64,000 bases of DNA. It comes from Phoronis australis (lineage: Eukaryota > Animalia > Phoronida). The notes below the pieces were generated by a model, which ran no database searches, was not told the DNA's origin, and saw only the letters and a list, made by a program, of their open reading frames with translations. Made by a program: the position numbers and the translations under genes. Location: the NCBI GenBank assembly GCA_002633005.1, contig NMRA01000538.1, positions 1-64,000 on the forward strand, given 5' to 3'. This document shows, in pieces, positions 1 through 12,468 of this stretch (position 1 is its first letter; each line of letters begins with the position of its first letter).

Positions 1-450
1 ATTCGTAAAGAACAGTGGCTCGGTCGGAGATAAAGGCTGACAGCCATGCACATTTTGATGGGACTGTCTCAAAACAGTGTTAAAACAACAGGAACCACAC
101 TGGCTTTTCAAGAATTACTTTTCCGGTTGTCATGACCAATTTCATATGGTGAATAACACATTCAAACAATGACAAACAAGTGAAAAGCGGCTCCACGAAT
201 TGGCTAGTAGAAGCACTTGCGTGAAACCTATTTCCAACATTAAAAAGTATCTCCAGATTTATGTGCTGTAACATGGTGTAGGAAGCAAAATTATTTGTAT
301 CAATTCACTTGGGAGTCCTCATGTAACACTTACTAATTCCATTATGTGTTTTTCTCATTGCATGCAATCTACCCGTTTTGATATTGGAAAATTGCAGTTT
401 TCAGTATGCAAAAAAGCCATTTTCATCAAAAACATTTTATAGCACAACAG

Positions 451-540
451 AAAGGTGACACACTGTTACACCTGGCATCAAAGAAGGGACAAACAGCGAT
501 GATCAATGAAGTCAGCTGTGACGTGACTGCAGTTAACAAG
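451..540 (+). CDS. Isolated ankyrin-repeat-like exon (or pseudo-exon); rest of gene not seen in window
   Basis: cag acceptor 448-450 and gt donor 541 bound a 90-nt phase-0 frame KGDTLLHLASKKGQTAMINEVSCDVTAVNK, matching the ankyrin consensus G.TPLHLA...G....DVNA.NK but 3 aa short. Confidence 0.45.
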
Positions 541-3500
541 GTTTTTTGCAAGTGACCCATAGAGCACTGTGGCACCAAAGAAAATTGGTTACCTTTTCAT
601 GCCCAAAAAAGCTCTGGGATCCCGGTCTATTAAATCGTTCTAATTCAATCAGGCATGACATTCCGAAATACAGATAATTATGCGTCAATTCGCGAATATG
701 CATTTTGTGAAATTGGGCACGGCTAATGTTGAATTGCACACATTTTTGTCAGAGTTAGCGTCAAAGGGATACTCTAATCTCAAATTGTCATTTAGAGAAA
801 TTGAGATTCTTCAACTGTCTTCTTCAATTATGACTTCAGGAGAGTACTGTGTCTGCATTGTAGTGTCATACTTAATGCACGGTATTTCTAAACTTAAACT
901 TCATGCCGTAAAACCTTCGTACGGAGCACATTCCCTGCCCTGATACCCAGTGCATGTACATCCATTTTAGTACACAGATGTGAGGCTTTATCACCAGCTT
1001 GTGGGTGCTGTCTTTAAGTCGGGACTGTGCATTCGTAAATGCGGGTCACTTTTTATTGGCGGACAAATGCTAACTTAGTTTTCAAGATCAATCGACATGA
1101 TAATACTAAGGCCACCGTAAGAAGACTATCAGGGGACTCGGCAAATGTGACTTCGTCAATTCCCGCTCCACTGGTTGCTACCATCTCTTAGGCACGAACG
1201 TTAGAAAAGGAGAATTTGACAGGAACGCCGTGATCACGCCACCGGCCGCTTTTACTGAGCTTCCCCAGAACGAAGACCATGTCCTACAGATGGTGAACGG
1301 AAAAAGTTTAGTTGCATAGATGTACTTTGAACTCTGATCCTGACTTCCTGGCCATAATCATAAACGGAGAGGTGGCGGCCGAGCCTTCGGTTTTAGAACA
1401 ATTGCTACTGTACCGTCTGTACTGGGGTTCGACCCCCTCCGTGATTTCTAGATCGCCAGTGTGCTAATTGGTTAACACATTAGAGCACGTGTGACGCGCG
1501 AAAATCAATCCTCCGGGGACAGTTTTTGCCTGTCACAGTAAGGGTAATTCTTAGCTCAGTGTTATTATCTGCCCTCAGTAATAATACGGACAGCTATGAA
1601 TGCCAAAAGCGTGCGTTCCATAGACAAGAACCTCGCGAAACTGACTTCGCAAGACATTGCCATGTATTGCAAGTGAAGTTTATGATCACATAACTAGCAT
1701 CTTTCATGACACTTGCGTCTACGAAACTCAGTCCAGGTTATCACAAACCAGGGCTGCGTTACACAGACGCAAAAATTTCGCAAAAACACAAGATGAATTG
1801 AGTAAGCCTTCGTGACTTGCGTTGTAAGCGCAGCACGAGGATATTGTATGCTACCTTTATTCGCCGCGTAGACTTTTCAAACATTTGCCATACCGTAAGT
1901 AACTGTAAACACTGATTTGTACACCGTTACCCTCTCAATTGAGATCGCTACGTTGACATGGATGTTCAGTGCCACAATGCCTATCGTGCGAACAGGACTG
2001 AAGCGATTTTATTCTCGATCAATGCGGATAAGACGGATCAAGGGGACTGGCCCATGGTGCCTGCCCCTACGGACAAGATCAAAAAAGCGAGCTGTTTTTG
2101 GAAGTAATATTTCCTTTAAAATTTGTGGTTGCCCCACGCTTGTGATAACATACAGTGTAGATCAGCCTGTGACATTCTACCGAGAAATCGGAAACCACAA
2201 GAGGTCCTCCATCGAACAAATATACGGGGATTGCAGTGATTACAACACTCTGAACGTTTATATCAGGTTTGTTGATATTACGGTCGATGACTTATTACAG
2301 AGACTGTGTTTAAGTTCATTTAGCGTAACTGAGCAGTAAAATCGGACTAAAATACTGTTTAAGCTTATATACGTTAATACACCAATTCCCTTTACACACA
2401 ATTAAAACAAAGTATCGCATGGACTAAGTTAAAGATAAGTTCACAGATCGTGATAAAGTAAACGATCTGCTCAGTCATAAGAATATGACACATTCGCAAT
2501 GAACTAGTTACTAAAACACTAAATACAAATTTGAAATTGACTTTTGATCACGAAAAAAAAACAACGTTTCAAACTTACTTGAACACCGTTCTCTATGGTG
2601 TGTTTATTTTCCCAGAATGCTTCAAGAAGATTGAAACATCAATATCCCTCACACGCAGTTAGTGTTCTATATTCCAGTGTGTGCGCTGTTCAATGCATAT
2701 TTATACTCTACCACCACGGAGGGTGCATCACGTTAACCCGCTTGTTTGGCCAATCATCAACTTAATGTTCGCGCTAGCTCATGTCAGACAGTCCAATCAC
2801 GTAGAGTCAACGCGATGCTACGGGGTGGAACAAATAGCAATCGATTGCAAATTCTTGATCTTAAAAAATGTCTCCATACTTAGTTAAGGTGGTATTTTAT
2901 TAGTAGTGAACTCGTTGGAAACATCAAGAATCAAGAATTTGCAATGACGAGCCAAGATAGACATTACCATCGTCTCAACTGGCCATAGTTGACTGAGACG
3001 GACCTGATATTTTAACCAAAATATTTCGCTCGAAGATCAGAAAAGTATAAACAGTGCTATCGACTAGACCTACTTTACTTGGAAAATACAATCAGTTGTG
3101 ACTGACTTATCATTTGGCGGAATTTAGCAGACGGTAGAGTAAAAATATCAGGGAATCTTCACTGATTGTGTTCGAAATGTCCTGAAAATTATGGCATCGT
3201 ACAGATAATTCGACTTTCAGGTAAATACCCAGCTTTACATGAACATATCGGATCAGTGGCCTTGTCAGTTTTCAAGTGAAGGTGAACCCCGTGTGGGGTT
3301 CTTCGGATTTTCGCTGGCTTCGAAATACTTTTCCTCGAACACTTTTTTCATCTTTGCAGCGTTACAAATTCCCAAGTCATGAACGTACGACTCTCAGGTG
3401 TTGTCTTTGTCAAAGCGTTTTCGGAAAGTGCAAAAAAGCACCCATCAACTCCACCAGGAACGTCATTTAGAGACTGTGTATTTTCCGCTGACATCTTGCT

Positions 3501-3569
3501 CGTTTGTCGGGTGTCATGTGACTTTTCGCAAGGAGGCGGAGCTTGCGATAGGTTAATTTTTTCTTGGAT

Positions 3570-5124
3570 TTTTCCAACGGAGGCTGTAAAATGGTCCATG
3601 TAAAAAGTTATATTAAGTCGTTAAAATTTACATGGTTCGTGAGACTTGTGATGGCCAATCAATCTTCCTGGAAATTGATTGTTATGAAAAACCGATTTTT
3701 TAGCTGGAAAAAAACCTTCTTCATGTTGGGGCCAAATTTTATAGTCAATGCCCGGGAATTTTTAAGAATGTCTTTTGGAAAGAAGNAAATTGATTGTTAT
3801 GAAAAACCGCTTTTTAGCTGGAAAAAACCTTCTTCATGTTGGGGCCAAATTTTATAGTCAATGTCTTTTTGAAAGAGGTATTTTTAGTTGTTGGGGAAGT
3901 ACTCTCTAGTATCTCAGATTATCACATTAAAGAGGAATTTTATTACGAACCACTCTGGTATAATGAACATATTTTGACTGATAAAAAGTCTGTTTTCTAC
4001 AATGACTGGTATAAAAGAGGTATAGTTTTTATTCACGATTTGTTGAACCATAATGGTTATTTTATGTCTTACCAGTGTTTTTGTGAAAGATAGTAACAGG
4101 TTTTCTCCATCATTTACATCTTTTTGGGGTATTCGAAGTGCAATTCGTCAAACTATTCGTCATTCTCAAATCAGGCCATGTAGTGAAATTGAGATAACCT
4201 TGCCTTTTTGCACAACATTTAATTCCATTCTTATATCGAGACAAAAAGTCAATGAACAAATTTATACCCACAAAAACTATATAAAAAACCCAAATTTGAG
4301 GAAAATTGGGAAAAACAGTTGAATACCGTAATTCCCCGTGAGTGGTGNAGATAACCTTGCCTTTTTGCACAACATTTAATTCCATTCTTATATCGAGACA
4401 AAAAGTCAATAAACAAATTTATACGCACTTAATACAAAAACTATATAAAAACCCAAATTTGAGGAAAATTGGGAAAAACAGTTGAATACCGTAATTCCCC
4501 GTGAGTGGTGGAGAAAAGCTTATTCTTATTCTATTAACTTTTCTTGTGATATCCAGCTTAAATGGTTTCAAATACTTTTAACTCACAGACTACTCGGAAC
4601 CAATAAGTTTTTGAGTAAGATTGGTGTTAGAAATTCAGATAGTTGTACTTTTTGTAATTCTCATTCTGAAGACCTTTTTCACTTAGTATTGGTCTTGTTT
4701 ACGTGTCCAAAGTTTTTGAAAACTGGATAAAAAACCTCTGCGGAATTGATATGAAACTTGATCATTTTTACGTAATTTTTGACTCCTTTAATGGACCAAA
4801 AATCATAAATCTACTTTTATGTTTAGGCAAGTACCACATACACAAGCAAAGACTTCAGAATGTAGAACCATGTTTTGCACTTTTTAAACATTCTGTTTTT
4901 GATTACTACAAAGTAGAAAAGGTTATGTACTATAACCAGTGCAGGTATCTCGACTTCGAGGAACGATGGGCCCCTCTAGCACCTTTATTTTAATTTACAC
5001 TACATACAACCAATGGCCCCCCTGTGTATGAATGTGAGCGTGACTGTGTGCGTGAATGTTTATACTGTTTGGCTTTATTGTATTTGCATTACGATAACAA
5101 TAAAACTTTTTGACAAAAAAAAAA
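3570..5124 (+). mobile_element. Tx1/L1-clade LINE, 3' fragment of ORF2 (degenerate)
   Basis: Fragments GGCKMVHVKSYIKSLKFTWFVRL, EPLWYNEHI, QLKWFQILLTHRLLGTNKFLSKIG..SCTFCNSHSEDLFHL (zf-RVT); AATAAA and poly(A) at about 5099-5124; frameshifted. Confidence 0.85.
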
Positions 5125-5678
5125 NNNNNNNNNNNNNNNNNNNNNNNNNNNNNNNNNNNNNNNNNNNNNNNNNNNNNNNNNNNNNNNNNNNNNNNNNNNN
5201 NNNNNNNNNNNNNNNNNNNNNNNNNNNNNNNNNNNNNNNNNNNNNNNNNNNNNNNNNNNNNNNNNNNNNNNNNNNNNNNNNNNNNNNNNNNNNNNNNNNN
5301 NNNNNNNNNNNNNNNNNNNNNNNNNNNNNNNNNNNNNNNNNNNNNNNNNNNNNNNNNNNNNNNNNNNNNNNNNNNNNNNNNNNNNNNNNNNNNNNNNNNN
5401 NNNNNNNNNNNNNNNNNNNNNNNNNNNNNNNNNNNNNNNNNNNNNNNNNNNNNNNNNNNNNNNNNNNNNNNNNNNNNNNNNNNNNNNNNNNNNNNNNNNN
5501 NNNNNNNNNNNNNNNNNNNNNNNNNNNNNNNNNNNNNNNNNNNNNNNNNNNNNNNNNNNNNNNNNNNNNNNNNNNNNNNNNNNNNNNNNNNNNNNNNNNN
5601 NNNNNNNNNNNNNNNNNNNNNNNNNNNNNNNNNNNNNNNNNNNNNNNNNNNNNNNNNNNNNNNNNNNNNNNNNNNNNN
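5125..5678. other. Assembly gap (N run)
   Basis: 554 consecutive n. Confidence 1.
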
Positions 5679-6390
5679 AATTGTTGCAGCATTACTCCAA
5701 ACAAGATATCCGAAAAATTTATTCCTTGCCTTTTACACTTCCCCTCGAACCATGCATTAAATCTTTTAAGTATATGTTGTTACATAACAGAGTGTATACT
5801 AACTCTTTGTTATATAAGATGAAGATTGTTAATTCAGATAAATGTCCCTATTGTAATCTAGTACAGAGTACTGAACACATGTTTTACCTTTGTGATGTAG
5901 TGCAAAGATTGTTGATTAATGTTCAGGATATTTTGACATCTTCCCTTAAGGAAGACGTCAGAATAACCAAAAATGAAATCATGTTTTGCCATTTAGGTTC
6001 TGAATTCTCCCTGTTGATTAATTATGTTATCACTATCGCCCAATATTTTATTTATTTACGTAGCCAACAGCACTTGCATCCAGATTGGTCTGCCCTTAAA
6101 ATATTCATGTCAAAATATATTAAAATTTCAATAGTTAATTTTCAAAAACAAAAAGAACCGGACAATATTAATATTAAAATATGGGAGAGCCTCAGTGCTG
6201 CCATGCAATGAATCTGTAATATCTGTAATATACTTAACTCATATATTGTTTAGTAGTATTATCATTAAATGATGAAATGTGTGAATGAGTGTGTGAGTGA
6301 AAGTCCTTGCCCCTTTTCCTTGTTCACCCTTTCACCCTTTAAAAATTATCAATGTATATTATTGAAGAATAAAATTATGAAAACAAAAAA
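5679..6390 (+). mobile_element. Second Tx1/L1-clade LINE 3' end (different subfamily)
   Basis: ORF 5681-6211 IKSFKYMLLHNRVYTNSLLYKMKIVNSDKCPYCNLVQSTEHMFYLC (zf-RVT), then GT-rich 3' UTR, AATAAA and A-rich tail. Confidence 0.85.
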
Positions 6391-8987
6391 TTGTCTAAGT
6401 TAAAAAAGAATACAAATTTTGCCATTTTCAGAGCAAAATTTCAAAAGAAATCTTACAACATGTACCAAATTGCCGTTTCGGCCGCCTTTTTGTTGCCCAT
6501 ATTGGTTTTCTTTCAAGGAAAATTGGCATCTTTTGATTGGTATGCCTGTTACGAGTAGTATAAAATCAATGGCAAACTTTATTGTTTTATTTCCAGCTGT
6601 TACATATGAGTGACAGGCCAGAAAGCAGTAAACACCGGTTTAGGCGAGCCATGTTTTCCGCCATCTTGAAAAATGACATCCGCCACTCCGATTTCGGAAA
6701 ATGCCATTTATGCAAAAAACCTTGTGCAGCCAATTTTTCTAGGATGGGCCCTCTGGACCCCTAGAATGACTGGACTACAAGCCATTTGATCCTTTTTTGC
6801 CATACTAAGCTACGATGCAATTTCTATACCTATTTCAAAATGTCCTTTAGTTCGGTCATTTTCTGCAATTTTTTGAGTCAATTATTTATTCAATTCCTGC
6901 TCAATGGCTTCAGTTGCTCGACATACGAAAATAGCAACACAGTTGTATCCAGTTGTAACCACATGCTTTCGTGTTCAGCTGATTAAATATATGGCTATAC
7001 TTCATCTTTGAATGATCAATAAAGTACCAAATGTCAGGGTTGTTCACCAGATTCTAATGGTGATATAGGCTGGATGTGAAACTATAAAAAACCTATGGCC
7101 GTTATACTACTCAACAGTACCGTGTTGGTTAAGCACACGATACTAAATTAGTTTTGTTGATCTTAAACCTGATGATGAAAAGTTAAATAATTAAAACGTG
7201 TTTGCGTGCAAAACATACATCAGAGTATTTTATTTTAGGTATGTCTCCAGGGATTCAGATTGCTTAAGATTTAACCAGTGAAGTGTACCAAAATTTGTAC
7301 GTCTTAAAAATTGCATTGATCAGTATTTAGCAGCCAAAAAAAGAAAACCAAGAATGCCAGTTTCACTCATAAAGTTGGTCACACAATGTTCCATACCAGT
7401 ACTTAATTTCTGTTACGACCAAGCACACTGAAACCATCACGGACTACAGAAAACCCTTCAGATTCCATTGGGTCTCGCCAACCCTAAAATTGTGATTTCA
7501 TAAATGACACATCACACGTATTGTCTGTAACTTGAGTAGTATAGCCGGCTAATTCGGTGACAATTCAAGATCGAACAATATTTTTTAAGGCCCAAACCGC
7601 TTTGGTTAAGAATTTAACACTGCCAACACCGGTGAGGTGCCCCTTTAAGCTCTCTTTATTTTGGAGAAAGAATAAATATGCGAATAAGTTTTATGGAGAC
7701 GGTGTGGAGTAAAATCCATTTTGTTCAGATTATAATGAAAATGAAGGTTACATGGTAGCTGTCGTATGGCTAAGAGCAGTATGAGCACAAATATATTGAT
7801 TTTGGTGTGAATTACCACTGAAACAACTCTTAAGATTAAAATCTCAATGGCCATAAAATAATGGATGAACAGATACAACAGGAAGAAGAACTGACGTCAC
7901 ATTTGACATTAATTACGTTTTCTACAACATTGCAGTCAGAACACATAATGATTAATCTATACCGCCATGTGTCCAATTTTAGATAGACAATGTGTCTAAG
8001 GTCTAACATAATAAATTTTGGATGATATGATTTCTACACCGGGCACGATGATATATATAACCAAGGTTACATGAACTGCAGCAGCCTTAAAGGAGAAAGC
8101 AACCATTTTTCATGTCAATTTTAGTAAAACTACGGTTCGTTGATTATCCCAGACATATTTTTAGTTAATAACGGCTTCTCGTAATTTTATTAATTATTCG
8201 TGCCTTACTTCCGAAATTACGTTGACAAGGTTAAGAATTTCCCACCATTTTGTGTTCATATAGTCTGACTTTGTGACCTGTCGCGTTAGTCATTTACCTC
8301 GGTTGTGAAAAGTTCGGCTGTCATTTGCCTATGTTTACTAGTCAATCAGCATGCCGCACGGTTGCTGCGTACCGAGGTGTTCTCATTATCGTCTCGCGCA
8401 CTTTGGGAATGCCAGTACACCGCTTTCCGAAAGATGACACATTCCGCCGTACTTGGCTCGTTCGTGTGAAGAGCGCAGCGTAACCGTCCACGCAACGCCG
8501 GTACAAAGAGTGGGGAATAACCGATTGTGTGACAAACATTTTCTGCCCTGGGTTTACGAAATTGTTGAAGGTTCCTGCAAAACAACCCCTGAAGAAGGGT
8601 GCCGTACTGTCGCTGTTGATTTCCGGCAATGCCCCGTCGTCACCCCCGGGAAGAACATTTTTGAAGTGAGTGGCCTCGCGGAGGTGCTTCATCTAGTGTC
8701 ACCCGTGCCTTCGAACGCACACCTAGAGCGTGCAATTCCGGAAACTAGCACTCATTTACCCTGTGCTGGTGATGTCTCCAGCCAAAAGCCTGTAAGCAGC
8801 CCTGCAGAGATGTTGAGTAGTAGTAGTGAACACAGACCATGTTCGACACCCAGTGGGGAGGACAGGTCGTCCATTGGCCAGGCAGGTGAGCCAAACTGTG
8901 ATAAGTTTATTGTAGACTTGAATAAAGTATTGCAGCTATCTAGAAGGTGTCAGGTGTTTGGAGAGGGAGTCACACGACTGGATGTAA

Positions 8988-9139
8988 CATGGGCGGCGCA
9001 CCATAGGGGGCTGGGGGGGGGCTATATCCCCCCACTGTTTTCAGTGCTAGGCTGCACATGTTACGTGTATAGGCTGTGCACCACAGGGAGACTGAGGGGG
9101 CTTTAGCCTCCCACTTTTTTCAGTGTTGCGCCGCCCATG
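8988..9139. mobile_element. CATG-ended MITE, dimeric form, 5-bp TSD TGTAA
   Basis: TIR CATGGGCGGCGCA/TGCGCCGCCCATG; TGTAA at 8983-8987 and 9140-9144; absent at the homologous site of Kolobok A copy 2 (about 15980). Confidence 0.85.
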
Positions 9140-9396
9140 TGTAAGCGGTTGGGGTGCATTGCTCAGGTCACCATCCAGCGGGAAAATCATACGCATTCCA
9201 CTGAGGTCGGCATAACAGTGCTCACCTTGCATTTGCACGACGACGTCCTACCAAGCCTGTCCTCAGTCTCTGCCTCACCCTCTCAACAGCTGTCTGTATT
9301 CTGCCTCACTACTCGGGCTCAAGCATATATCCACCCACTCCTTCTACAAACTAAAAGATTCCTAAATCCAACGTAATTGTGTTCTCTAACGACCTA

Positions 9397-12300
9397 CTGC
9401 ACTGGGGCAAAAGGCCCATGTAGGAGTCTTGCCCCACCGGCATGAAGGCCTTTTGCCCCCCCCAAAGTAAATGACTCTAACAACTTAATACACTCTGCTT
9501 TAGCAGGAAAAATCATCTGAACTGTCAGTGATTATTAGTAATCCATACGACACTAAAAGTAACGAAGTGTCGTTTGTACAAGAACACCAACGTAAACAAA
9601 GAAGCATAGCTCATGAACATACCGTTGAAGCAAGGAGTGTAGTAGTATAGGAGAGTTCACTTGTGAGTTCGCTGTTACCGCTACTACTAGCGCCGCCAAG
9701 TGGTGACTAAGCAACTGTCAACCAGGAAGCGCCAAAACAATGGGGAAGGGCGCATTTTGCAGTGCGATAAATTGCATGAATTCATCCACGAAAACCCAGA
9801 CGTGTCATTTTTTAGGTTTCCTAAGGATCCAGAAAGGTAAGGATTATCTGTTATTGGCTTTCATTTTGGGTGTTCTGTTCATGGTTGTTAGACAAGTCGA
9901 TCGCAGTCCCGTTGCCACTGTTGTCTGCAGCCGGTGTAGGCTAGGCCTACTGTACAGCCCGGCTACCGGCGGAAGGACTATGATGAACGTACGATGTGAT
10001 CGTCACCATTTTGGATACTTGCAGTCCATGAATTCTAAATCAAATTGTCATCCATACGATCGCAGGGATAATTTTAGGGAAACATACCCATGCCCATGGC
10101 CATGGGTAATATGACTGGTGACTCGGCCATGGCACAATCCACAGCCACAGGGCCACAAGTCTGTCATGAGTCAAGTTAGAGAATCTGTGGGTCTCGGTGA
10201 AAAGGTGACAAAATCAACATAATTTTAATGTGCCAGTTGGACCAATTAAGTTAAGCAGTGCGTCATTGAAAACTTTTTTGTATGTGTCAATGATGCGGGG
10301 GCGCGGCTCTGTTAAAATATCCGTGGATCGACATTTGAGTCCGAGTTTTTTTCAGTTGACACCAAAACGCTTTTGTCTCTATCACAATCACAGTACGACA
10401 GGAATTCTGTAGTGTAGTGTACTTTAGTGTAGGCTACCAGTCTTCTGTGAACCCAGTGAGTATGAGGTTTTTTCCCGAGTCTCTCAGTCATTGATTTCTG
10501 TTCAGGTGCAAGCGCTGGGAGCTGACCTTATGAATAGAGATGCAGCCTATTTGTCCAAGAACTGCAAGTTATGCTCTCATCACTTCGAGGAGTCCATGTT
10601 CATGAATGAAGAACAAACTGGTATTGACTGCAGTGCCCGAACAATATTTGATGTCCCGAATCCACCAAAAATGAAGATGCCAGGGTCAAAAAGTTCTCCG
10701 GAAATTATATTACAGCTCTGGAATAGGCTTTTTTGCATTTCTAATTATCGTCTCACAAAGCAAGTACTGAAATATCACGTGTAGAAAGGACAATTAGTCA
10801 AAATTTGGTTTTCCTATTTTACTAAGGTTGATCAGATTGAAACATTTTATGAATGGTTAGCCTGTGATTTGGAGAGAGTCAAAGTGAAACTGAGTCTGAA
10901 TGGTGGGCTGAAATTTTGTTAAACCCAAGCTATCCATATCATTTTGCTTCTCGATGACAAACACCTCTGTGAGTAAATTAGTTTTCAGCTTTATTTATAA
11001 CGCATTTATTTGGCGAAAAGTGCTGTTATTTACTAGTGAATTAATAGAGAGTGACAAGGTTGGTCAGATTTTCTTGTTGTATTGGTTGGTGTATGTGTTG
11101 CCTAGTTTATACGTTTCTTGGAGATTGTGATTAATTTAAGCCCCAGCTGTGACTAGATAACAGATATGATCTTGTGGTCTGGCTTTAACTTGCCTGAAAT
11201 ATTTACTGTTATTGATAATAGGAACAGTTGGTATATAAAATAAAATTTTGGTTTTATCATCCAATTCTTTTTAATTCAGTTTTGTATGGAGCTATGTGGG
11301 TAGTGAATATTTTGATTGCTGTTCAGTACCTCTTAATTTTTTGTGATGACATTTCGAACTTTGACTAGTTATGAGTGATAACATACTCAATGTTACTTCA
11401 TTTTGTAAGTTGTGAGCTATTCTACAGATTAGCAAGTGACTTGTAACTGTTGGTGAGTGGGAGAGTGGGATTGGGCCCTATACTGGCATGTCTAAGAAAT
11501 AATGGAATGTTCTAAAATTGTGTTACGATTTTGTGGTAGTGATAAATTCCCTTGCTTTCTTCTTCTCACTTGTGTAACACCCACTGCACAAAACAATTGT
11601 CTGCATTGCTAGTAGCCTGGTGCATTGAATGAAGAACACATGCGAATTTGTTGGGTGGAGATGAAACCAGCAGTGAGCTGGGAGCAACATGTTTGTCAAT
11701 GGTCAGGGGAGCAACCAAAGTGTGTGACGATGGGAGGGGCTCAACACCCATGTGGCATACATACCCATTGTTTTTTACCTGTTTAGCACTCCTCCCATGT
11801 AACCCCCCTGGGAGGGGGTCAACACACATTTGGCGCCCACCTGGTTTTTGCCTGGTACCCCCTTAGCTGGCACCTGGGGGCAATTCCCCTCTGAGCCCCC
11901 AGGAGCAATCATTCAAATTATGTAGTCCATGGAGGTATAAACTGTTATAAGGAACGATAGTTGCCTTGTTAAGAACTCAAACATGAAACAAAACCATGAT
12001 GGATTTTGTTGAAGGGAGCTTCAAGGCAATCAAAACAAATACACTTTAATATTGATTAAAATACCCATTTTCTTTCTCATTCTATTGTAAGTGGATGCTA
12101 GTTTGTGTATTCTAACCATTTTCAATCACACAGTAATTTTATTGCACGTTGAATGTCATTAAAGTATGAATTTATGAGTGTTTACATTGTTCGGAATGCG
12201 CTTCTAACTAAGTGTTGATTATTCACCGCTTGGGGCGCCAGTGTTTCCACCGGTAACCATAGTGCGGCGAATGGTAAAATGGCGGAGTGAACTCTCCTGT

Positions 12301-12468
12301 ACTAGTACACTCCTTGGTTGAAGTCTGAGTTCCAAAAAACGTGTCAGCAGACGATCGTGTGAAACCGGAAGACGTAATGCATCACGTGGCTGCCTGCGTT
12401 GTATAATTCCCGACTTATAGGGGGTAGGCGTTTGACCCCGCGTAGGCTTTTTGCCCCATGTTACTCTA
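9397..12468. mobile_element. Insertion with GGGGCAAAA subterminal inverted motifs (unclassified DNA element), flanked by a 53-bp host duplication
   Basis: TGGGGCAAAAGGCC at left and GGCTTTTTGCCCCA at right; host segment 9344-9396 is repeated at 12469-12521. Confidence 0.5.
9631..12316 (+). mobile_element. P-superfamily-like non-autonomous element with intron-split THAP domain
   Basis: 30-bp TIR CAAGGAGTGTAgTAGTAtAGGAGAGTTCAC at both ends; 7-bp TSD GTTGAAG (9624-9630, 12317-12323); THAP MGKGAFCSAINC..RFPKDPE|gtaagg (about 9837) and ttcag|..NCKLCSHHFEESMF..RTIFDVPNPP (about 10507-10670). Confidence 0.8.

Noticed and set aside
1917-2339. 140-aa ORF
   Set aside because: Non-ATG start, no recognisable motif or splice context.
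3674-3870. Tandem duplication within the Tx1 fragment
   Set aside because: Near-identical copies meet at a single n (3786): scaffolder overlap or haplotype artefact.
4192-4510. About 157-bp tandem duplication
   Set aside because: Copies are joined at a single n (4348): assembly artefact.
5013-5822. Long ORFs in the ORF track
   Set aside because: They merely read through the N gap.
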